A DNA stretch of 64,000 nt from contig JBMNIH010000004.1 of NCBI GenBank assembly GCA_050950825.1, positions 664,479 to 728,478 on the forward strand, in the 5' to 3' direction. The position numbers and the translations under genes were made by a program. The notes under the pieces are model-generated. The model saw only the letters and a program-made list of their open reading frames with translations, was not told where the DNA came from and did not search any database. The stretch is from Clostridia bacterium. Lineage in GTDB: Bacteria > Bacillota > Clostridia > JAAYHZ01. Positions 27,347-37,045 of the stretch are shown here, piece after piece; positions within the stretch are counted from its first letter, which is position 1; every line of letters begins with the position of its first letter.

Positions 27347-29527
27347 ATGAAAAAGAGAATCATTTCGCTAATAATTGCCATTTGTTGTGTTCTCTCCATT
27401 GTCGTTGTCCCGACGGAATCGGCAAAGGCAGCACCTTCCAATTTGCCGAACGGGTACACATTGATCGGCTCGTCGGAGAATTTGAACCTGTACTATCATT
27501 CCGGATGGGAGTCTTTCGCAATTGAAGACAAGAGAAACGGATTTGTTTGGGAGAGCAATATAAGTGAAGAAAATCCCCTTCAGGAAGGTATAACCGGTGC
27601 AAACTGGAAAAGTGAAGCAAAGAGATCTTTTAAAATCTCATATGCGAACGTTGAAGTTATTAAGAACATTAACTGGGATAAGGATAAATATACATTAGTA
27701 ACGGAAAAACTTGATAACGGTCTTAAGCTGACATACGATTTTACGGATTACAAGATAAGAATGGCCATATACGTATATCTAGAAGACGATGCTTTGACAA
27801 TCGATATTCCCATAGAGGAGCTCGCTGAATACGGCGATACCTATGGTTTTGCCAACATCAAAGTCTTCCCGTATTTCGGAGTCGCTCATCCTTCCGAAGA
27901 CGGATATGTTTTCTATCCGGACGGATCCGGTGCGCTATACAACTTTAACGAAAGAATGAGCGTATACGCAACGGAATACAGATGGAGCGTTTACTACGAT
28001 GACAGCTTGGATTTCGAGGCCATCGATACGAAGTACAAGGATAACAACCAAAAAACTTTGATGCTGCCCGTATTCGGTGTAAAAAGAAACGACAATGCTT
28101 ACGTCGCTGTCGTGACAAAGGGTGATGAAGACACAAGATTATTTTTCAATCCCGCCTACAGAAGGTTGTACGGAAACTACATTTATGCCGACTTCGTTTA
28201 CAGACGTCTCTTCCAAGACGCTCGTTTTAACGTGAAAACGCCTTTGAACTACGTACAAAAAGACAGAGTGAATTCATCCAGACAGATCAAATACTTCTTT
28301 ACGGTAGGCGATGAAGCAAACTACAGCGGCATGGCCAAAAAGGTAAGAGAGTATTATATTTCTTCCGGTTGGATGGCAAGCAAGATACAACAAGGTGATC
28401 CGGTTCCCATGCAAATAGACTTGTTTATGGGAATAACCGAGGATCGTCTTTTGGTGGACAAATACATCAAAATGACCACCTTCGAACAAGCGATTACGGT
28501 TTTAGAAACCTTAAAAGAAGCCGGCGTCGATAACATGTTCGTACTCTTAGACGGATGGAATAAGTACGGATACGGAGAATTTGCTCCGACCCATTACCAG
28601 CTTCATATCGGATTAGGCGGAGCTCCGAAGCTTAAGAAATTAACGAAATACGCAATTGATAACAATATCATATTAGGTATGAAAGCGGACTACGTCAATG
28701 CCTATGCATCGACACCGGGATATAACCGAAGAGCGGATTTGATTTATGACTTGAACAACATTCTCATGTCATGGAGAGGTCAGTTCTTGTTTGACCCGAT
28801 CCGTTCCTACAACTTGTTCTTCAGGAAATTCGTTCCGAAGGCCGTTAAACATAATATTCGAGCCATCGGTTTTGAAGATATGGGTATCAAGTTGTACTGC
28901 AATTACAAAGACGGAAAGATCGTCAATCGCTACGATACGGCGGATCGTTGGGCTATGTTCGGTACTGACGTTCAGAAATTAGGAATGAAAGCGGCCTACG
29001 AAGGCGGTAATGCTTACTTGTTAAATACAGCCGACTACTTATACAATATACCGTACGAAGACAGCGGTTTCTTCATTACGGACCAGACCATACCGTTCTA
29101 TCAAATGGTTGTTCACGGATCGGTGCCGTATACCACATTCCCCGGCAACTTGTCCTACGACTACGAGTGGATGAAGCTAAAATGGTTAGAATTTGGCTGC
29201 TATCCTTACTTTGAATTATCTTACCAGCCGACGGACTTGTTGATGAACATTGAAGACAATGAAATCTTCAGTTCTTACTACTTAGCATGGATCGAAGACA
29301 TTGTAGGAACCTATAAAGAGTTCCAACAAATGAAAGATATTTACAACAGCTATATTTTGGAACACGAAGTTGTTGAAAAAGACATTTTGAACTATGAGTT
29401 GGTAAGGGTTGAATACAGTAACGGAAGCACCATTCTTATCAACTACAATCCGGAAACAGACAAGACTTATAACGGAATAACAGTTCCTGCAAAGAGTTAT
29501 GTTGTAGTTAAAGGGGGTACTAATTAA
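27347..29527 (+). CDS. DUF5696-like secreted protein (putative glycoside-hydrolase-like TIM barrel)
   Basis: Signal peptide. Motifs DKRNGFVWES, FPYFG, GYVFYPDGSGAL, LPVFGV, YSGMA, GGNAY, IPFYQMVVHG and INYN, recognised as DUF5696-type. Confidence 0.75.
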   Translation: MKKRIISLIIAICCVLSIVVVPTESAKAAPSNLPNGYTLIGSSENLNLYYHSGWESFAIEDKRNGFVWESNISEENPLQEGITGANWKSEAKRSFKISYANVEVIKNINWDKDKYTLVTEKLDNGLKLTYDFTDYKIRMAIYVYLEDDALTIDIPIEELAEYGDTYGFANIKVFPYFGVAHPSEDGYVFYPDGSGALYNFNERMSVYATEYRWSVYYDDSLDFEAIDTKYKDNNQKTLMLPVFGVKRNDNAYVAVVTKGDEDTRLFFNPAYRRLYGNYIYADFVYRRLFQDARFNVKTPLNYVQKDRVNSSRQIKYFFTVGDEANYSGMAKKVREYYISSGWMASKIQQGDPVPMQIDLFMGITEDRLLVDKYIKMTTFEQAITVLETLKEAGVDNMFVLLDGWNKYGYGEFAPTHYQLHIGLGGAPKLKKLTKYAIDNNIILGMKADYVNAYASTPGYNRRADLIYDLNNILMSWRGQFLFDPIRSYNLFFRKFVPKAVKHNIRAIGFEDMGIKLYCNYKDGKIVNRYDTADRWAMFGTDVQKLGMKAAYEGGNAYLLNTADYLYNIPYEDSGFFITDQTIPFYQMVVHGSVPYTTFPGNLSYDYEWMKLKWLEFGCYPYFELSYQPTDLLMNIEDNEIFSSYYLAWIEDIVGTYKEFQQMKDIYNSYILEHEVVEKDILNYELVRVEYSNGSTILINYNPETDKTYNGITVPAKSYVVVKGGTN

Positions 29528-30420
29528 TGAGAGTAGATTTTAGAAAGCGTCAAGCGATCCAGGGGCTGATACTGGTATCTCCATGGATTATTGGTACCAT
29601 TCTGTTTTTCCTGTATCCTGCTTACGAAACGATAGCATTAAGCGTTTCGGAGCTGGAATCCATTAAGGGATTGCAGAAGGTATGGCTGGGATTTGATTAC
29701 TACCGCAACATTTTATTCGAAAGTATAGCCTATATACCTCTGTACCAGAGAGTTTTCAAGGAAATGTTGATCAGAACGCCTCTCGTCGTCGTTTTCTCCT
29801 TGTTCATTGCTATACTGCTTAACTTGGACATTAAGGGCAGAGGTATTCTCAGATCCTTGTTCGTACTCCCGTTCTTGCTGGGTTCAGGTTTTATCATGCA
29901 GCAAATAATGAACCAAGGTTTGCAGGACGAAATGGGTGAAACGGCAATGGGAACAGACACGACTAGCGTGACCCGAGGTACCATCCTCATTCCCAGAGAA
30001 GTTCTCTACTATTTAGGACCGAACGTATCGAACATCGTTATGCAGTTCTTGGCCCGTATTACGGAGGTTCTTTGGAAGTGTCCCGTTCCGATTATCCTGT
30101 TCTTAGGGGGCTTGCAATCTATTTCCGGTTCCTTGTATGAATCGGCGAAGGTTGACGGAGCAACGCAATGGGAAATGTTCTGGAAGATTACGCTGCCCAT
30201 GATCGGTGAAATCATATTGGTTTCCATTATCTATACTTTGATCGACATGTTTACCGAATCCACGAACGTAGTTATGACAACGATTCATTCTCAGGCGTTT
30301 AGAAGCACTAGATTCGAGTTTGCAGCTGCGCTAGCGTGTGTCTATATAGCCATCATATTGGTATTAATCGGTGTTATATTCGGTATCGCTGCTTTGATCA
30401 GAAGATCCGGTAATAAGTAG
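29527..30420 (+). CDS. Carbohydrate ABC transporter permease (second pair, MalF-like)
   Basis: EAA loop LYESAKVDGA and FWKITLP motif. Confidence 0.92.
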   Translation: MRVDFRKRQAIQGLILVSPWIIGTILFFLYPAYETIALSVSELESIKGLQKVWLGFDYYRNILFESIAYIPLYQRVFKEMLIRTPLVVVFSLFIAILLNLDIKGRGILRSLFVLPFLLGSGFIMQQIMNQGLQDEMGETAMGTDTTSVTRGTILIPREVLYYLGPNVSNIVMQFLARITEVLWKCPVPIILFLGGLQSISGSLYESAKVDGATQWEMFWKITLPMIGEIILVSIIYTLIDMFTESTNVVMTTIHSQAFRSTRFEFAAALACVYIAIILVLIGVIFGIAALIRRSGNK

Positions 30421-30436
30421 AGAGGAGGTTATGTAA

Positions 30437-31435
30437 ATGAGTTTCTTCAAAAGAACTAAAACTCAGCAACAAATAGATCTGGAATTGGCCATGCAAGCTG
30501 CAAAAATTCATGAAATTAGCGGATGGCAAAAACTGAAGCATGCATCTACATGGAAACACATCATATTCCGATTCTTCACCTATATATTGCTGTTTTCAAT
30601 GGCTTTCGTTTTCCTATATCCGTTCCTCTTCTTGTTAACGGACTCCGTTAAATCGTTGGCCGACCTGACGGACATTACCGTTAAGTGGATTCCCACAAGA
30701 GGACTAAGATGGGCGAACTATAAATATGCATGGCAGGAATTAAGAGGACCGGTTACGCTGCCTAACTCGCTGTACATGACTGCAGTTGCAACCTTAATCC
30801 ATGTTATATCCTGTTCGTTTATCGGATACGGATTCGCAAGATTCCACTTTAAAGGTAGCAATCTGTTATTTGGAATACTCGTATTGGCGATGGTTATTCC
30901 GTTACAGGTTATGATGATACCGTCCTTCATTTTGTACAGCAACGTGTTCGGATGGACCAACTCCATGAAACCGATTTTGATTCCGTGTATATTCGGATAC
31001 GGTCTAAAAGGAGGCTTGTATATCTTTATCTTCCGACAATTCTTCATTAACTTGCCGAAGGAATTGGAAGAAGCGGCATACATCGACGGATGCGGATTTA
31101 TTCAGACTCACTTTAGAATCATTCTGCCTATATCCAAATCCTCCATCTTGGTTGTATCCATTCTGTCCATGGTCTTCCACTGGAACGACTATACGGAACC
31201 GAATATGTACTTGACCAATCCGAAAATTCGAATTTTCCCGCAAGGGTTGCCCGGATTGTACAGAATGGCGGTACAAATGGTTGACGACTTAGGATATGTT
31301 ATCGACAAATCCATTTACAACCAAGCGACGGCTTCGGCAGGTGCCGTGCTAAGCTTGCTGCCCATACTGGTTGTGTACCTGGTTGCTCAGAAGCAATTCG
31401 TTGAAGGTATTCAGCATACCGGTGCAAAACAGTAA
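30437..31435 (+). CDS. Carbohydrate ABC transporter permease (second pair, MalG-like)
   Basis: FRQFF..LPKELEEAAYIDG, WNDY and QKQFVEGI motifs. Confidence 0.92.
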   Translation: MSFFKRTKTQQQIDLELAMQAAKIHEISGWQKLKHASTWKHIIFRFFTYILLFSMAFVFLYPFLFLLTDSVKSLADLTDITVKWIPTRGLRWANYKYAWQELRGPVTLPNSLYMTAVATLIHVISCSFIGYGFARFHFKGSNLLFGILVLAMVIPLQVMMIPSFILYSNVFGWTNSMKPILIPCIFGYGLKGGLYIFIFRQFFINLPKELEEAAYIDGCGFIQTHFRIILPISKSSILVVSILSMVFHWNDYTEPNMYLTNPKIRIFPQGLPGLYRMAVQMVDDLGYVIDKSIYNQATASAGAVLSLLPILVVYLVAQKQFVEGIQHTGAKQ

Positions 31436-31456
31436 GGTAATACGAAAAAAGAAAAC

Positions 31457-31485
31457 AGGAGTCGTTTATACGGCTCCTTTTTTTT
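31457..31485 (+). terminator. Intrinsic terminator closing the 8-gene operon
   Basis: AGGAGTCGT-ttat-ACGGCTCCT followed by a T run. Confidence 0.88.
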
Positions 31486-31564
31486 ATGTGCATGCCTTAC
31501 ATATTTTTTTATTAATAATTACGACACGAACCTTGCACTGTATGACTTAATTGTGAAAATGTGC

Positions 31565-31592
31565 TTGCAGTCAATGTTCGGTATGATATAAT
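31565..31592 (+). promoter_or_regulatory. Sigma-A promoter
   Basis: TTGCAG-16 bp-TATAAT with a TG extension. Confidence 0.6.
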
Positions 31593-31624
31593 CGAATCAA
31601 ACATACTATTGGAGGGTATTAGAC

Positions 31625-32521
31625 ATGAGTGAAATAAAAGTAGCACTGGTAGGTCTGGATACAAGTCATACCATTCAATTCGGAAAAAGAATGAATGATC
31701 CGAATTGCGATCCGAAGCTGAAAGTTGACGGATTGAAGGCCGTTGCTTGTATGAGATTCGAGACTCCTTTCCAAGACAAAAAAGGTTTAGATGCCCGTCA
31801 AGCGGAATTGGAAGGCTGGGGCATTAAAGTTACCGAGTCCTTTGAAGAATGTGTAGCCGATTGTGATGCTATCATGCTGGAAATCAACGATCCCGCATAT
31901 CACTTAGAATATTTCGAAAAGGCCGCTAAATTGGGTAAACCCATCTTCTTGGACAAGCCCATGGCCGACACCTATGCATCGGGTAAAAAGATTTACGATT
32001 TGGCGAAGGAATATAACGTACCGGTATTTTCCTCTTCGTCTTTACGCTATGTTACGGCCGTAGCCGAAGCGAAAGCGACCATGAGTGAACCCGAATTTGT
32101 AGCCGTTTACGGTGCGATGGGCGTAGCTCCTGCAGGAAGCAGCGTTGTATGGTACGGTGTTCATGCTATGGAAATGCTGCAAAGATTAATGGGACCGGGA
32201 GCCGTTAGCGTGAAGTCCATCCAAGATGATAAGGGTGTTGTTTGTGTCGTTAAATACAAGAACGGCAACAGAGGTATTGTTGAATTGAATACCGGATCTT
32301 CCGTTTACGGCGGCGTGGTACGTACAAAAGGTAAGGCTTATCCCTTTGTCGTAGATATGAGTATGGCTTATACCTTGCAATTACAAGAAGTAGCAAAATT
32401 CTTTGCCGGGGAAGAAGCTTCCGTATCTTTGGACGATACCTTGGAAGTTATGGACCTTCTTGACACGGCTCAACGTTCTTTGGACAGCGGCTGCGAAGAA
32501 AAATTAAACGGAACTTATTAA
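31625..32521 (+). CDS. Gfo/Idh/MocA family NAD(P)-dependent oxidoreductase
   Basis: N-terminal Rossmann fold (VGLDTSH). GKPIFLDKPMA, SSSLRY and YGVHAMEM motifs. Confidence 0.85.
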   Translation: MSEIKVALVGLDTSHTIQFGKRMNDPNCDPKLKVDGLKAVACMRFETPFQDKKGLDARQAELEGWGIKVTESFEECVADCDAIMLEINDPAYHLEYFEKAAKLGKPIFLDKPMADTYASGKKIYDLAKEYNVPVFSSSSLRYVTAVAEAKATMSEPEFVAVYGAMGVAPAGSSVVWYGVHAMEMLQRLMGPGAVSVKSIQDDKGVVCVVKYKNGNRGIVELNTGSSVYGGVVRTKGKAYPFVVDMSMAYTLQLQEVAKFFAGEEASVSLDDTLEVMDLLDTAQRSLDSGCEEKLNGTY

Positions 32522-32547
32522 GATCTTTAAAAAAGTATAGACGATGG

Positions 32548-32579
32548 AAGTGGCGGAGTGATGTACTCTGCCACTTTTT
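32548..32579 (+). terminator. Intrinsic terminator
   Basis: AAGTGGCGGAGT pairs with ACTCTGCCACTT, followed by T's. Confidence 0.8.
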
Positions 32580-32599
32580 AAAAATGAAGGAGGTGCATT

Positions 32600-33844
32600 A
32601 TGCTCCGGGAAATTAAAATTGCAATGATCGGCGGAGGCGGAAAAAATATAGGAGGGACCATCCTGTATTTGTTAAACTCGGGCAGAGTTCAAAATATCGA
32701 GTTCGCCTTATTTGGCAGAACGTATAAAAATATGGAGAGAAATATCGCCCTGGCGAATCGAATCAAAAATCATAACGGCTGCAGTATAAAAGTATACGAC
32801 ACTTTGGAATCGGCTTTAGAAGGAGCAGACATTGTTATGCACTGTGCTACGGCAGGATATGGCGAATACGGCGGATACCGATCCTACGGAGTTCCTCAAG
32901 GCGGGCATGTGATGTATGTAGGAGAGAAAATTTCCAAGCTTTGTCCCGATGCATGGGTATTGGGCGCAACCAACCCTCCCGAAGTTCCCCTTACGGCTTT
33001 GTTGAAAAGATTCGGTATTGAAAAGTCCATAGGGCTGTGTAATGCACCGATGATAGTTAAGAACACCCTTTCCGCTATATCGGGGACCGATGAAAAGAAC
33101 ATCCTCATGAGAGGCATAGGCCTTAATCATGATGTTTGGTATTACGATTTTCGAATCGGGGAAGAAACGGAGCCCGAAAAAATCGTAGATATGCTGAATC
33201 AAAGGATCGATCAACCGTCTCTTTCGGATCATCCTTGGTTTCGTTTGTTCCCGGAATGGAGAATCGCCATAAAGAACAACATTGCATTATTAAAGGAAAC
33301 CGGATATTTATTATCTCCGGCAGGTGGAACTAGACGACTTAAAGGTCTGCCCGTCTCCTCGAAAGAGTATGGTGCCATCATGAAGCGTCCGTCGAAAGAG
33401 GATTTCGAAAATTGCTTGAATGAGGATGTATCCATTGAAGATATGCTTCGTATAACAGGCCGATGCGGAGGCGGTGTGCCCGTATATACCGGAAGAATCA
33501 TCGAGTCGATTCTTTTGGAAGATGATGTACAGCACTCGGCTTTGGTACCGAACAAAGGAGCTTATGAAGATGCTCCGGACAGCTTACACATTCAAGCGGA
33601 TGTATCTTTCGAAAAGGGTAAGATTGTGATTCATGGGGCTAAAAAACTGCCCGATTTTATAAAGGGAATGCTGACGGCAAGGTTTATTCAAAACGATTTG
33701 CTGACATCGGCTTTGGCTTACCAAGATGATCTGCTATTGAAAAAAGCCATCATGGTTATGCCGGAACGATATGAATTCGAACAAGCGATCACCTTCGAAT
33801 CCGGCTCGGAGAAATCGGTGGAACCTTTTATTCCGTTTAATTAA
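32600..33844 (+). CDS. Divergent family 4 glycoside hydrolase-like protein (NAD+/Mn2+ dependent)
   Basis: KIAMIGGGG, ALEGAD, CPDAW..TNP, IGLCN, GLNH and VPNKGA motifs of GH4. Confidence 0.7.
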   Translation: MLREIKIAMIGGGGKNIGGTILYLLNSGRVQNIEFALFGRTYKNMERNIALANRIKNHNGCSIKVYDTLESALEGADIVMHCATAGYGEYGGYRSYGVPQGGHVMYVGEKISKLCPDAWVLGATNPPEVPLTALLKRFGIEKSIGLCNAPMIVKNTLSAISGTDEKNILMRGIGLNHDVWYYDFRIGEETEPEKIVDMLNQRIDQPSLSDHPWFRLFPEWRIAIKNNIALLKETGYLLSPAGGTRRLKGLPVSSKEYGAIMKRPSKEDFENCLNEDVSIEDMLRITGRCGGGVPVYTGRIIESILLEDDVQHSALVPNKGAYEDAPDSLHIQADVSFEKGKIVIHGAKKLPDFIKGMLTARFIQNDLLTSALAYQDDLLLKKAIMVMPERYEFEQAITFESGSEKSVEPFIPFN

Positions 33845-33874
33845 GAATAAAAGAAGTATTACAAACTTAAATTG

Positions 33875-33917
33875 ATAAGAAGATGACATTGTTAATTTAA
33901 AGATGCCATCTTCTTAT
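33875..33917. terminator. Inverted repeat (terminator or operator) between the GH4-like and Nudix genes
   Basis: ATAAGAAGATG (33875-33885) pairs with CATCTTCTTAT (33907-33917). Confidence 0.5.
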
Positions 33918-33948
33918 ATATTCTCTTAAATATCAAGGTGGTAAAAGA

Positions 33949-34566
33949 ATGGAACCAAAATGGCTTAGCATAGCGAAAAGACTGCAAGCAATAGCCCAAG
34001 CCGGTTTAGCGTATTCAAAAGATAAATACGATATTGAAAGATTTCAGCAAATCCGAGACATATCGGCGGAGATCATGAATGAATATACCGATATGGACAG
34101 TGAAAAAATCAAAGACTTGTTCTGCAACGAGACCGGATATCAAACCCCGAAGGTGGATATTCGAGGGGCTGTAATTGTAGATAATAAGATACTTTTAGTC
34201 AGAGAAAGCACAGACGGACTTTGGTCCATCCCCGGAGGATGGGCGGAATTCAATCTGTCCATCAAAGAGAATGTGGTAAAAGAGCTCTTAGAAGAGGCGG
34301 GAGTAAATGTTGTACCGAAGAGACTCATTGCGGTCTTGGATAGAAAAAAGCATCACCGGCCCTTATCTCCATATGGGATTTATAAAATATTCGTTCTTTG
34401 CGACTTGGTAGACGGTACATTCAAGAAAAATATCGAAACGACGGAAAGCGGATTTTTTGCTCTCGACGATCTGCCGCCATTGTCAGTCAATAGAGTTACA
34501 AAAGAGCAAATTGCAATGTGCTTTAAAGCCCGTACGGACGAAAGCTTTACAACCATATTCGATTAA
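33949..34566 (+). CDS. Nudix hydrolase with N-terminal Nudix_N domain (YjhB-like ADP-ribose pyrophosphatase)
   Basis: LQAIAQAGLAY, GYQTPKVD and the Nudix box GGWAE..ELLEEAG. Confidence 0.9.
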   Translation: MEPKWLSIAKRLQAIAQAGLAYSKDKYDIERFQQIRDISAEIMNEYTDMDSEKIKDLFCNETGYQTPKVDIRGAVIVDNKILLVRESTDGLWSIPGGWAEFNLSIKENVVKELLEEAGVNVVPKRLIAVLDRKKHHRPLSPYGIYKIFVLCDLVDGTFKKNIETTESGFFALDDLPPLSVNRVTKEQIAMCFKARTDESFTTIFD

Positions 34567-34600
34567 ATAGGAGCCGATTGAGTATAGATTACATAAAGAT

Positions 34601-34652
34601 ACCTTTCTTTGTGAAAAATAAGGATGCATAAAAATCACCGAGAAAGGTTTTT
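34601..34652 (+). terminator. Probable terminator after the Nudix gene
   Basis: ACCTTTCT..GTGA pairs with TCAC..AGAAAGGT, followed by a T run. Confidence 0.5.
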
Positions 34653-34660
34653 GTTATCCT

Positions 34661-36949
34661 ATGCAGCTTGCCCACAGTCGAAAGAAGGATAAAGACGCGC
34701 TAAAAAGATTGATTTTGTTATCCGGTCTGGTAGGATTGGCGATTTTTCTTCCCTTTATCATCTCGGACGGCGGTCGTTTATCCCTTGTTTCGGACTTCAA
34801 TCACCAAGAGATTCCTTTCAATATCCATTCCAATTGGGCAATCAAAAACGGTGCGGTACGGTGGGATTGGTATACCGATTTAGGTGTTAACTTTATCGGT
34901 GCTTTCAGCTTTTACACCCTCGGAAGCCCCTTTTTTTGGCTGTATATGCTGTTTCCGCCGTATTCCTTCCATTACCTAATCGGCTGGTTTTATATATTAA
35001 AATACATGACGATAGCGACAACAGCTTTTCTTTGGTTGAAAACCCATGTAGAAAACGCTGACTATGCCGTAATCGGTGCTCTTCTCTATGCTTTTTCCGG
35101 GTTCTCGCATATTAACATGATGTTTTATCATTTCCACGAAGTTATCGCGTTTTTTCCTCTGCTTTTATACGCACTGGACCGATTGGTGCTTGACGGGAAA
35201 AGAGGATTGTTTGCTTTGGTCACGGCTTTATGCGCGCTTCTGAATTACTTCTTCTTTTTTGGAGAAGTACTGTTCCTTGTTCTCTATTTTCTTTTTGTTT
35301 ACCGTTTTGAAAGCAAAAGAAAATTCAAAGAAAGCCTGTTGAAGGTGATAGGGGAAGGTTTCTTAGGTGTTTTGGCTTCCTGCATTCTATTGCTTCCTTC
35401 GCTGTTATTCATCGTAAACAGCCCGAAGGCCGATAATTTTCTTTCCGTTCAAGACTTATGGATTTATTCTCCGAAGCGATATTTGGCGATTATAAAAGCG
35501 TTTTTGTTTCCGGCTGAAAGCATGGTTGTACAATCGGGACCATTTTCTTCCGATTATTCTTCCTCGTCTTTGTATTTGCCGGCTGTAGGAATATCATTGG
35601 CTTTCGCTTCTTTTACAGGAAAATCGAAGTTTAGAAGGTTAATGATCGTTCTTTTCTTATTTGCCTTTATCCCCTTTTTGAGTTCCGCTTTCACCTTGTT
35701 TAATTCCTTCTATTATGCCCGATGGTTCTATATGCCTTTGCTGATACTATCGGCGATGTCTATAAAAGCGATCGAAAATGAAGGTACAAAGCGGATACTT
35801 CGTTCCGTGAAAATCGTGTTTATCCTTACGATAGTCTATACCGTGCTGCAAGTTTTCCTTTATTTTTTTGACCCTTCCATCATTTCATCCGTAATACCGT
35901 TTGTAACTACCGCCTTTGTTTCCTTCGCCGGTCTTTTTATGACATATCGTATTCTGAAACGGAAAAGAGAAAAACAGATCCGAAGCTTTGTTTTATTGAC
36001 GAGCGCTTTTTCCATTATATCCGGTATATACGGCATGATCTTGATCCGAAGCTACAACCCTGCGGAGACCCGAGATTTTTCAAAAGGTTACCTAATGGAA
36101 ACGGCGAAGTTTGACCTTGTACCCGAGGAAGAAAAAAACACTCAAAATTATCGTACTTATTCTTACGATCCTTTTTGGAATCTTTCCATGCTAAATCGGA
36201 TACCGTCTATCAACTCTTATATCACCACCTATTCTCCTTCCGTTACGGAATTTTTTGAGACGGTAGGTATAACGCGAAGTGCCGCTTCCTTATTCCCGGA
36301 AGATCCCGACGACATTTTGACATTTTTGTCGGTTCGCTATCGATTGGATACGGAAGAATATGCAGGCTATAAAACGCTATACCGAAAAAGCAACGGTTCC
36401 AAAACGATTTATGTCAGCGAAAATCCTAACTTTATACCCTTAGGTTATCCTGTAGAATACTATGTGACAAAAACGGAGCTTTTAAATTATCCGAAAAAAG
36501 ACCGAGCCAAGGTTTTGATTTCCGCCGCCGTTATTCCGGACGACGAAGAACCGGCTGAAAATCTAAAACCCTATAACCTTCAAGCTTTCCGGGAACCTGT
36601 AAATCAATTGGCACAGACGAAAAGAGAACAAGCGGTTACCGACTTTACAAGAGACACAAACGGTTTTTCCGGTAAGATCACCGTCGATTCTGCGAAAACG
36701 ATCCTGTTTACCGTTCCGTGGGACAAGGGATGGCGCGCACAAATAGACGGACAGGAAGTACCGATTAAAAACAGTTTGGGGTTTATGATCATACAAGTGC
36801 CGGAAGGTTCTCATACGATTCGTTTTCAATACCGAATACCCGGAGGAAGATTAGGTATCGTTTTTTCCGTCATAGGATTTATGTCCATATTTCTTCTTTT
36901 CTTCAGAAAAAGCAAAGTACTGCGGCAAATCGACGATACGAAAATATGA
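34661..36949 (+). CDS. YfhO family GT-C membrane glycosyltransferase
   Basis: DFNHQ, YTLGSPF, LYAFSGF, ARWFY and C-terminal TVPWDKGWRAQIDG..GSHTIRFQY motifs. Many TMs. Confidence 0.85.
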   Translation: MQLAHSRKKDKDALKRLILLSGLVGLAIFLPFIISDGGRLSLVSDFNHQEIPFNIHSNWAIKNGAVRWDWYTDLGVNFIGAFSFYTLGSPFFWLYMLFPPYSFHYLIGWFYILKYMTIATTAFLWLKTHVENADYAVIGALLYAFSGFSHINMMFYHFHEVIAFFPLLLYALDRLVLDGKRGLFALVTALCALLNYFFFFGEVLFLVLYFLFVYRFESKRKFKESLLKVIGEGFLGVLASCILLLPSLLFIVNSPKADNFLSVQDLWIYSPKRYLAIIKAFLFPAESMVVQSGPFSSDYSSSSLYLPAVGISLAFASFTGKSKFRRLMIVLFLFAFIPFLSSAFTLFNSFYYARWFYMPLLILSAMSIKAIENEGTKRILRSVKIVFILTIVYTVLQVFLYFFDPSIISSVIPFVTTAFVSFAGLFMTYRILKRKREKQIRSFVLLTSAFSIISGIYGMILIRSYNPAETRDFSKGYLMETAKFDLVPEEEKNTQNYRTYSYDPFWNLSMLNRIPSINSYITTYSPSVTEFFETVGITRSAASLFPEDPDDILTFLSVRYRLDTEEYAGYKTLYRKSNGSKTIYVSENPNFIPLGYPVEYYVTKTELLNYPKKDRAKVLISAAVIPDDEEPAENLKPYNLQAFREPVNQLAQTKREQAVTDFTRDTNGFSGKITVDSAKTILFTVPWDKGWRAQIDGQEVPIKNSLGFMIIQVPEGSHTIRFQYRIPGGRLGIVFSVIGFMSIFLLFFRKSKVLRQIDDTKI

Positions 36950-37045
36950 ATAGACAACAGAGCAATATCGATGTATGATTATGGATGAAGTGGAAACGGA
37001 CGGTTATAACATTCATCTCATGATAATGACATACGGGAGATTGGT

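Noticed and set aside
36972-37034. Imperfect hairpin between yfhO and the broken SBP gene
   Set aside because: AT-rich and bulged, with no U-tract or known motif. Insufficient support for an ncRNA or terminator.
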